Positions 1 to 10,300 of a stretch of DNA of 64,000 nt are shown in pieces. How positions within the stretch are numbered: the stretch's first letter is position 1; every line of letters begins with the position of its first letter. Origin of the DNA: Candidatus Uhrbacteria bacterium (GTDB lineage Bacteria; Patescibacteriota; Patescibacteriia; UBA9934; UBA10169); NCBI GenBank assembly GCA_016187485.1, contig JACPJO010000004.1:56306-120305 (forward strand), in the 5' to 3' direction. Position numbers and translations under genes: made by a program. The notes under the pieces are model-generated. The model was not told the origin of the DNA. It ran no database searches and worked only from the letters and a program-made list of their open reading frames with translations.

Positions 1-1
1 G

Positions 2-424
2 CGTGGTGACGTCAAGGGTCGAGGCCGGACGTTCGGCCGTCGGCTGTTCCGGCACGACGGCCTTGCGCGAACGCAGAACGAGCCCCGCCAAAAGGAAGGC
101 GGCAAGGATAAGAACAGCGATAACAACAACGATCGCGACGATCTTCGTTACAGACCTCCCCCTTCCCCGTGGGACAACCGTCGGAGCCGGGCGAGAAGAC
201 GCGGGAGCGCGTGAAAATTGCTCGTCGGGATCAAGCCCAGCCGGCATGGCTCCTCCCTTCCCCTCAAAAAGCGGCGGATTTGTAGGACGCGGCGGGGCAA
301 CAGGTTCCGGCACAGGAGGTCTTGCTGCGGGGGCACTCACCGGTGCTGGTGGTGCTTCTGCTGCATCCATGCCAGAGAAAATATCCTCGGGCGGCGTGCT
401 GGTGGGTTTTTGGTCATCGAACAT
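2..424 (-). CDS. Membrane-anchored protein with Pro-rich N-terminus (partial; 3' end runs off the window)
   Basis: Not in the ORF track. My translation from ATG at 424 reads MFDDQKPTSTPPEDIFSGMDAAEAPPAP...RSVTKIVAIVVVIAVLILAAFLLAGLVLRSRK, with one TM helix and an open frame to the window edge. TGcTATAAT lies 8 nt upstream. Confidence 0.8.
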   Translation of the reverse strand, partial: MFDDQKPTSTPPEDIFSGMDAAEAPPAPVSAPAARPPVPEPVAPPRPTNPPLFEGKGGAMPAGLDPDEQFSRAPASSRPAPTVVPRGRGRSVTKIVAIVVVIAVLILAAFLLAGLVLRSRKAVVPEQPTAERPASTLDVTT

Positions 425-459
425 ACAAATGTATTATAGCAATTTGCTTTTTGTTTTGC

Positions 460-1350
460 TCACAAGCGCCCCGGGCCATTTGGATTGTACCCGCCCTTTA
501 CCTCTTCCCCGTCGCCATATCCATCCCCATCCGTATCGGGATTTGTGGGGTTCGTGTTGCGCTGACGCTCTTCCCCATCAGAGAGTCCGTCCCCGTCCGT
601 GTCGACCACATCCGGCCGCGTACCAAGAATCTGCTCGTTCTTAAGAGAGAGGCCGTCCCCATCAGCATCGCGCGCCAGGACGTCTTTACGGCACGTCTCG
701 GTTTGACCGGCAGACGAGAGACGATCGCAAAGCGCGACGTCTCCCATCTCGAGCGCCTGAGCAAGAAACGCGGCATCCATACATACCGCCTCGGCAACGC
801 CGTAAGAACGACAAGATCCCTGCTCAACCACGTAACGGAGGAGTTCGCTCTCGCAAGATGCGCGCAGGTTCTCCTCCTCCACTCGCCCGCACCGCGCATA
901 ATCCTTTGCTTCTTTCGCCTGTGTCAAAAAGACATAACTCTCACACACCATGCGCTCGCTCCCCTCAAGGCTTCGGCACACGTCCGGATCTTGTTTCTGG
1001 ATAGCAATATCACGCACACAGGGAAATTGTTCGCCCGCGGGAAGAACAAGGCAGGCTTCCAGCGTTCCACTGGCTACAATTGTGCCCGAAACAAGATTTT
1101 GACGGCAAGCCTCGGGATCGCTCGCGTTCTCACACAAGGCGAGTTCCCCGTTGACGCGCTCGGTGGTGGCCTGCTGTTGCCCTGCACGCTCAAGAGCGGT
1201 AAGCCGTTGATTCGCGCGCCAGCGTACACCAAAGACAGCACCGAGAATCACAAGAAGCACCACAAAAATCCCTACGCCAATCATGACCCAGTTATGCGCG
1301 TCCTCATACCACGGCGGCGTGTAGTTATTGTACGGCAGGGGTTCTTCCAT
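460..1350 (-). CDS. Single-pass membrane protein with Cys-pair helical repeats and C-terminal DxDxDG (thrombospondin type 3-like) Ca-binding repeats
   Basis: N-terminal TM WVMIGVGIFVVLLVILGAVFGV; periodic Cys pairs; DADGDGLS, DTDGDGLSDGEE and DTDGDGYGDGEE motifs; coupled to the giant gene by TAAtATG. Confidence 0.85.
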   Translation of the reverse strand: MEEPLPYNNYTPPWYEDAHNWVMIGVGIFVVLLVILGAVFGVRWRANQRLTALERAGQQQATTERVNGELALCENASDPEACRQNLVSGTIVASGTLEACLVLPAGEQFPCVRDIAIQKQDPDVCRSLEGSERMVCESYVFLTQAKEAKDYARCGRVEEENLRASCESELLRYVVEQGSCRSYGVAEAVCMDAAFLAQALEMGDVALCDRLSSAGQTETCRKDVLARDADGDGLSLKNEQILGTRPDVVDTDGDGLSDGEERQRNTNPTNPDTDGDGYGDGEEVKGGYNPNGPGRL

Positions 1351-1351
1351 A

Positions 1352-4300
1352 TTATTGCGGACAGTACTCCAAACGGAGGTCGGAAAGATTCACTGTACCC
1401 GACCCGTTGAAGTTGATGTGGAAAGGAATCTGGAAAGCGCCACTTGCGGGACATTCAAATCCGGGCGGGAACGGGAGAAGGACATCATCGCCTTCGCTTG
1501 CGACACCCCCCGCAAAGCCTGTCGTAGTTTCGTAGTTCAAACTGAGACCCAGAATATTTGCGGTGATGGTGTCTACCACTGCCTGGAAACCATCGGCGTC
1601 TGGAGCGTTATAGGCATATTCCACGCCATCGGCGGGAGGCGCACACTCCGGCGTGCCGTCGCTATTGTTAAGTTCATAGAAGTCCACGCCGCATACATCA
1701 CTCGAAAAATGATTATTGACGGCAATTTCGTCGTCGTTTGAAGTAAAGGCGACCGTATAGATAACCGTATTTTCCAGGGTGTCAAGCGTGTCAGACGCGG
1801 CAGCGGCAGCGAGAAGATCGTCCGATTCCCCATCGGAAACAAGAATCACAATACGCACGTCCGTATCTGGCCGATCGGTAGTGAGAAGTTCGTATGCGCG
1901 GCTAAGCCCGTACGCCGTATGCGTACCCAACCCCGTGCCCGGATTTGCTAGTTGGGAAAGGTTAAGTACAAGTTCACTCTTGCTTGCCGTGAACGAGGCA
2001 TTGGGTAGAGGATTCTCTGCAAGCACATCGGTAGCTGGATTTACTTCATTGAAGATGACAATGCCGCTTGCAAGATTGCCGTTGGGGAACGCGTCATAGA
2101 GTTCGTCTGCCGCATCTACGAGCGCTTCTTTCACAATATCAAGACGGGTTGATTCGTCTGCTTCTGGCGGTGTCCCATCAATCTCGTAGGACATGGAAGT
2201 CGAATAATCAATAAGAAAGATGAGATCTATGTTGGGTGGTTCGACATCATCAAAGCTCACCGAGGCGTACAGCGCCGAACCCACAGTACAGGCCGGGAAG
2301 TAGAGAGTGGCATTATCGGGAGCGCCGGCGGTGGCAGGGTCTTCTGACAAGTAGCTCCTCAAATCCACCGAGGTCGTTCGATTGACGGCCGTCTCGCTTT
2401 GCGCCAGCACAGCTCCTTGTTCGAGTGTGAACGGACATGCAAGCGAGCAGGAAGCATTGCAATCTTGAAGCACGCAGCTTCCAAACGTGTCAGGATTAAA
2501 GATTGGGTCTCCGCATGCCTTGTTATAGTCAAAAGTTTCCGGAGGGGGTTGGGCGCAAGGAAATCCGTTGTACACATATTCCCCATCAACGGCCGTCGCA
2601 GACCCGCCATTACAGGTACCCACAAGCGCCTCGCACGTGTAGTCGAAGGGGCAATCCGCATCCGTCCCACAGACTTCGCCGCGCACTCGTTCGGTGGGGT
2701 TGATTGCTCCCTTGAAGCAGTAAGACGGCACGCTTGCTCCATCGCATACCTCTCCGCCGTTGATAACGCCGTCGCCGCAGTAACCACCCGTGACCGTCTG
2801 GTACGTACATGTGGCAGAGCAATAGTTACAGGTGTCACTGTAGGCGGGATTGCAGGGCACCCCGTTTTGTCCGCCGAGGTCGCATGACTCAACGCCAACG
2901 TTGCGCACGCCGTCGCCGCAGACATTTTGCGTGCAGTTATTCCGACACGCATCCTGTTCGTCCGTATCTCCATCATCGCATTCCTCGATCCCCTCCGGAA
3001 TGCCGTTGCCGCATGATCCCACAGGTGCACAGGCCTGCCAGCCGCCCGGGATCCCCGTCGTTGTAGGCCACCGGCACGCATTGGTATAGGGCGGCAGTCC
3101 AAGTCCGTTACACACACGTGTGCGCGTTTGCGGAAGACCAAGCGTATCAGACGCCGTACTTGCAGGGCAGACTCCCGCCCAGGAAAGTGCGGGGTCGCCG
3201 CAGAGAGAGCCGTCGGCACACTCTGCATTTGTCGTACACGGATCCCCATTGACACAGAGTTTCCCGTTCCACTGCTCGTTTGTGCCATCACACTCTTCCG
3301 CGGCACCGTTTACGGTACCGTCCCCGCACGAAGGAGCAGTCCCGGAACAATCCGCTGCGCATCCATATGCAGGATCTGTCGAGTACAGACCGTTGAGATA
3401 ACTTGCCGACGCCGTGCGGCATTGCGGAGTGGGCGCCAGCAAGTTAAAGGACGCGGCGCTGCCGCAATCACAGGCTTCAGCTCCCCCGATAAGTCCATCC
3501 CCGCAAAAGACCGCACTCGTCCACGTGCAGTTGGTCGCACAGAACCCATATTGACCGTTGAGCGGCCCATCATCACACGTCTCCGAACCTTGAATCACGC
3601 CATCCCCGCAGTAGTTAGGAATACAGGCGGCAGAGGTAGAAGCAGTCTGGAAGGCTTGGCATCCCAGGCCCGACGCGTCCGACGGCCCCACGCACGGCAC
3701 GGCGCGCGTTCCCGATGTGGCCACACAGGAGCCGTTGCTTCCGCAATCACTGGCGGTAGTACAAGGCAGGCCATTAAACGAGAGGTTCACGGCGTTTGCA
3801 CACACATTCGTGGAGCAAGAAACAGATGTTGTCTCTCCTACTTCGCAGATTTCTCCCGATCCAATCAACCCGTCTCCGCAGACATTCGTTGCGGTGAAGG
3901 TCGCTCCATTACAGGTGCGCGCATTTTGGAATCCGCCAAGTACAGGCGTGCTCGCAAACGGAGAGGGAAGATTTGCGTTGCCGACATAATATGTCCCGAG
4001 ATTAGGGAGGGGGGAATCCACATCCACGGGCGAGGCCCACGCGAGCGTCGTCTCGGCAGGAGGAGCCACGCCAAATTCCAAATCGGTCGAAAGCCAGAAC
4101 TCTTCCCCGCCGATACTTCGATAGGTGTACACGTGCGAATCTGCCGGACATATCGCCTGCGCTGCCAGAGCGTTGTAACACGTCTCTGCGTCGTAGCCAT
4201 CCGGACAGCTCACAAATGTGTTGAGCGGATCTGTCGGGACCGCGCGGCCAAGCGCGTTGGCCAATTGCGCCTGCCAGCTTGGCCAGGCAGAAAGGGAGAA

Positions 4301-7300
4301 TGAGGGGATATACGTCCCCGATCCAAGCGTCGGCACCGACGCCACGCATTCCTCGGCGCCTGAACAATCGCTGTCTTCAAAACAGAGTTGATCTTTAGTG
4401 ACACTGCAGTGCCGGTGCGTCTCGCCGTATGATGTAAGGGCCTCGCCAATAGTGCGTACGTCCGTAAGACGCTTGAGATCGCGACGGAGCTTGTCCTTGT
4501 CGGCATCGCAAAGCGCCGGCGAACCTCCCGTTGCCACCGCCGCGCACTCTGCATCCGTTGAGCACGCAACAAGCTCCCCATTCACTTCGATCGGGTCCAT
4601 GTCCCCGCTTGGGAGAGGCGTTGCGCAAACCCGGCCGTTTGTGACGGTCAAAAGCCCTGTCGTCAAGTCACGTGCACCGGCAAATTCCCATGCCCCAAGC
4701 ATAGCTTGATAGATTTGCCTGGTTTCCGCTGACGCCCCTTCGTTGTACGCAATCGCATACATATTGGGATAGAGCGCCGCGCCGGTGTTAGGTGCGGAAA
4801 CGTAGACCGTTCGGCCGTCACGCACACCCTCGAACCCGTCCACCGATTCCGCAGCAGGAGAGCCGACAAATCCTTGACCGGCAAACCACTCGGCGGGAGA
4901 GAGATAGTTGCTGTTGGAGAGCACGCGCACACCGATCGCGTCGTGTATATCCGGATCGTCCACGGCAAAAAGGAACTCCTTAAAAATCCCCGGTGACGCA
5001 ATGTTCTGCGTTTTTTGGACAACCGAGAGAGCCGGTAAGTCGTCACTCGTGCCGCGCTCCCCTGCATCACGGCAATAAAATGCGGAGAAATTCGTGTAGG
5101 GCGCAGTAAGCGTAATGCCCGGCGCTGGGTCTCCCGCATACCAGGCAGAATCTACAAACGGGAAATGTCCCACAGCCGGCCACGGGTTTTCACAAAGGAA
5201 CACGCGCTCCTCTACCGTGCCGCCCACGATTCGCCCAACGGTAGTGGGTGAGAGAACCGTATCTTCCATGATACGCAGTTGCGCCATGACATTCTCAACC
5301 CCATTGATCGCGGGGTTTGCCGTGGAAGCAGTTGCTGTTGTGTTGGCGCTGGTTGAAGCACCGGGAGTCACAACGACAATATTGGGGTCGGCGACACTCG
5401 AATTCCACCCCCATGTGGTAGAGACGGAAGTTCCGCTCCATGCCCACGCATACACTCCCGGCACACTCACGATAGGTTGCGCCAACGGCCCTATAAGTGT
5501 CATCGCCTCCGCCGCAAGTGGATGAGCCGTGTTCGCCTGTGTAAACAGGCCGGGGCTCGCGGAGAGGTCTTCCACCTGCACAAAATCTACGTCGCAAATA
5601 GTATTCCCCGTAGCAAAAATACGGGACCACGATGCCTCAAAGTTGGCAAAGACCGAGGAGTTTCCCACGAGCCCAACGCCCCATCGACTCAATACCCCAT
5701 CAGGATTCGCATCCGTATAGTTCGCATCCGCTTCTACCAAAATGCGGTAGAGCGTCTGTGGTTCAAGGATTTGGTTGTAGAGCACCGACACGCGTGTGAT
5801 GAACTCATCAGGATTCGTCTCGACATCTTCGATGGAGAGATTGGAGGCGACAATGCAGCTCACACTTCCCGCCCACGCGCGTGGCGCCACCACGCGCAAA
5901 ATATTCTGCCACAGACGGGCATACCACGGACGGTCAGAAAAATCCTGCACGATGACGGGCGTCGTATTCGTGGGGCAATCAGAGGCCGTCGTGTAGCGTA
6001 CGTCGGCCGAGTCGTAAGCGCCATTGCCGTTCGTGTCCTCCCCAAAAGCCGTAAGCACAATATGCTTCGTCCCGTTATCTTCCAAAATGCTCTCTTCACC
6101 CATTTGTTGCGTAAAGGCCACACGCACAAGCGCGTTTCGACACACGCCGGCACTCGTGGTGGCAAGCGGAACCGTGGTGCTTTCCTGTACCGCCGGACGA
6201 TCAAAACAGCAGTCACTCACCCCACAGCCAAGCAGGGCCGGCTCGCCGCATGTCGCATCGGTTGTGCAGGAGCACGAAAGACCGATCTCGGCCGTGCCAA
6301 ACGCTGAAGTCTCTGTTGCATCGTCCGAACCCGTTGCGCGAAGCGTCGTACGGACTTCCCCGTCCACGACCGCTTGGGTGGCAACGGCCTCGATTTCAAG
6401 CGTCTGGAGGGGATCGTACGGCCCCACCCCATCATCCGCGCTTGAGGAAATTTCACATTCCTCTCCAAGTTCCGGCAGACCGCCGTTGCCACAGAAGGAT
6501 GGCACCGGATAGAAAACCGACGAGCCTTCGTTCTGGCATTGTGCGGAGCACCCGTCACCACTTGTCGTATTTCCATCATCGCACTCCTCGCCGGCTCCTG
6601 TCGTCACGTTGTACTCTCTCCCGTTGGAACCACAGACACCATTCAAAATTCCCGTGGGGGTTGTGCGCGACCAGACACCCGGACCGAGCGGTTCAGCTAA
6701 ACAATTCGCGCTACACCCGTCCCCACTCGTGATACCTCCGTCGTCACAATCTTCCCCTTCTTCGACGTCACCGTTTCCACAGTGCACGCCAATATCGGCG
6801 CTTGGAGTGGAACCTTCGCGCAAACACTGCGCCGAACACCCATCGCCGCTTATCGTATTGCTGTCTTCACACTCCTCCCCGCCGGAACGGCCGTCCGGTG
6901 TTACTGTGTCGAATTGTGAAATCGTTCCGTCATTACATGTAAGTCCCGCCGCCGTCGAACCTTCGTTAAGACATGTTGCGGAACATCCGTTGCCGTCCAG
7001 GTTGCCGTTGTCGTCACATTCTTCGCGCCCTTCCCGGATACCATTGCCACAACACAACAGATCGGTTGCGGGGTTTGCACATGCGGTCACCCCGACGGTT
7101 TGACACGTGGGAGAACACCCAATGGGGTCAAGCGCGACATCACAATCTTCGTAGAAAGGATTGACGATGCCATCTCCGCAGACCGCCGCATACGAAATCG
7201 TCCCCGTACGCAAACACTGTGCACTGCACGAGAGAGCACGATCGGTGTCAGTGTCAAGAGTGGCCGTGAGCGTGCCGTCGGGAAGGTATGTCGCTACCGA

Positions 7301-10300
7301 GATCTGCGTATTCGTGGCAGAGTTCGTCACTTGATTCACCAGCCAATCCCATGCGTAAGCAAGCGGATTCAATACTTGGCCGGCCACGGCACAGCTGTCC
7401 GGTCGCCCCGTCACTGACGCGGAGAAACTTGCGCGGTCCCCCACGGCTTCAAGAATCACCTCAAGGGGGGAGAGAGCAACGTTCCCAATCCCGCAGGGGG
7501 CCGCATTATCCCGCGTGCGGAAAACCCACGAATAATAATTCCCGTAGTTGAGCGGTATAACCGGTGTGCCGTCCGGATTCGTAACCCCCCAGAGGGGAAT
7601 TCCCGGCACGGTAGGACTTTGCGGCTCCGATGTAATCCCCCCCCAGATCATCACACGATAATACATCGAGGGAGAAAGATCCCCGGCAAGTGTAAGTGCA
7701 ACGCCGTCTTCGACGTCCAATGGATCGTTTACAAAAGAGAGCGCTGTGGGGACAGGAGAGGTCGGATTGAAGGTTGCACAGAACTCATCCTCACAGGCAA
7801 AAACGCGCACATTTGGTTCAAGCACGTTTACCGCATTAACGTGACTCCCCGTAAGCCCCGTCGTTCCTGTTGCTTGCATGGCCGTGTTAAAAACGGCACC
7901 CACTTCTGCGTTCACACAGGCTGTCGTGCACTGTGGGTACGCGAGAGATACGGCGGGGTCGGTGAAATTCACGATCAATTCTTCCGTGTCAGAGATGCTG
8001 TAGCCAATGGGCGTGGCCGTGACAAGTGCCGGCTGTCCCGCATTGGTTTCCTCTTCAGGCACCACAAAGATAGGCTGGAGATTTTCAAAGGCCTGCGCGG
8101 CATTCCCCAAAAACAGGAGCGCATCGTTGATGTCCCCTTCAAGAGGACCGTACTGCGGATCTGCCGTCACGGGATCTGCGGCCTCCTCTGCAGCATCAAG
8201 CGCCGAAGAGAGCGTATCACCGGCAAGCAGCACAGGATTGAGCAGCGAGAAGACCGTGACGGTCTCTGCTGCGAGAGCCGTGTTCGTGCTTGTGAGCGTC
8301 GCAGCTGTTGGCCCTACCAGAGCATGCGCTTCAGGGAGGATCGTTTGCAGCGCCAGGAGAGCATCGGCAAGATCTGCAAGGTTGGTCGGAACCTCATCAA
8401 GAAGAGTTGTTGCCGGCGTGGCCGATTCCGGATCCCCAAGTGTTACCGTGTAGGGCGGATCCACATCAAAGTGGATGTTCTTTCCCTGCCGGTCGAGTTC
8501 CCACGCAAAGGCGTAATCATCAGGGTTGATAAGCACACACGCCCCCGTTGCAGGCAGAGCAACATACGGAATCGTCTCGTCGCTCGTCGCCGTATAATCT
8601 GGCGGACTTACGAGCACCTCTTCTACTTCGCAGGGAGTGGTGCTGGAGCGCGTCTTGAATCGATATGCATACGCCTGTGCCAGAGGAACACCACGGTTGT
8701 TTTTAATACCTGTGGTCGCCGTCGCGCGATACCAGGTATCGGGAAGCAGAGCCGTCGCAGGCGAGAAGATCAGGGAGAGATTCGTCGAGAGCAGAAAGTC
8801 TCCGGCAAGATGTCCTGTGGCAACCGTCTCGCAAGGATCCACTCCCGTCCCCGTACACCGATCTACGTAGAATGAGCCGTTGGTAAACGTAGAGATGTCC
8901 ATGCCGCTCGCGGGAAGGCCGGGAGTGAAGGAAACAGAGACCACCGCATTTGTACAGACGGCATCCCCATCGCTCCACAGTGTTGAGGGCGTGGGGGAAA
9001 TAAATGAGGTATCACACTGCGTACGGATTGTCGGATAGTTCGGGATGGGGCCGGTCGAGAAATGATACACGTACTGGGCGTTCACACTTGGCTCCCCGCA
9101 GGCGGCGGGCGTTGCCGCGCAACTGCCGTTCGAGCAACAAATTTGCGATGCCGTACACAACGAGGGCGTCTCTTGGCAATTCCCTACCGCAAAGAGAAGC
9201 TCATTTGATGGTGCGCCAAGAACCGTCACAGAAACCGGACCTGAAATGGCGCCCGTCGGTACAGGAGCGCTGACGTTCTCCGAAGAAGTGAAGCCAACCG
9301 GGCTTGCGGCTACCCCATCGTGGAAGGTGACACTCACTTCCGACGCGCTTGCGCCAAGATTGCTTCCGTAAATATTCACCGCTGTCCCCACAGGCCCCGC
9401 CACAGGCGCAAGCGCGCAAACGCCGGGTGTTGCAGGCGCCGAGACAACCGTGAAATCCTCCGCGTTACTTTGCGGACTCGTAGGGTAATCCGCACGGCGC
9501 ACAAAAATAGATTTGGGATTGGATTCCTCCGACGTGGTCATACTGGCTGGCACTTGCGCCACAATCGCCGAGTCCGTCCACCATGCATTCTGGCACGCAG
9601 CGGGAAAGTCCGGTTCAAACACCACATCGCCAAGCAAAGGGTCCTGAAAGACAACCACCCCTTCGGTAGATCCAAATCGTTGGCCTAAAATAGTCACGTA
9701 TTGCCCCACGCCACCTTCGGTCGGATGCGCAACACATTGTCCGGTTCCACACTGCGTATCGGACACACAAAGCTGCCCCGCATGTACGATATCGTTTTCA
9801 CACAAGGACCGGCCGGATGTCACTTCGCTGATGAACGGCGCACTGGAGGCATCTTCCGGTGAGAGAACACTGAAGTCAATCGTGTTAGACCCCTCATCAT
9901 TCACGAACACTTGGAGATCGTAGTCGCCCGGAGTACTCGGCGGAACAAGCAAGCTGATAAGCGCATCAAGCCACGTATCCACAGCGGGAAAGAATGACGC
10001 GCGATATACCGACGGACCGCTCAAGTAAAACGCCCCGACCGTCGGATCCTCCCCAAAATTATTTCCCACCACCGAGATGCGCGTAGCGGGCAGGCCGTTG
10101 CCCGGCGTTACCGCACAGAGCCCAGGACGGCGCACGTCATTCACATCAAAGTCTTGGATAAGCGGGCCGAAATCGTCATCCGTTCGGTCGGTAATTCCTG
10201 GCGTCGTGGCCGTCTCTGCTTTTACCACGCCGATCGCCCCATCTGCTGCCTCGGCAGGTACCGCCACAACTACCTGCGTGTTGTTCCAGCTCGGCGCCGG

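Noticed and set aside
2720-7190. Repetitive DNA in the giant gene considered as a CRISPR array or DGR TR/VR pair
   Set aside because: The repeats are degenerate at the nucleotide level and conserved only as Cys-rich protein motifs; there are no identical repeats with spacers and no adenine-specific pair.
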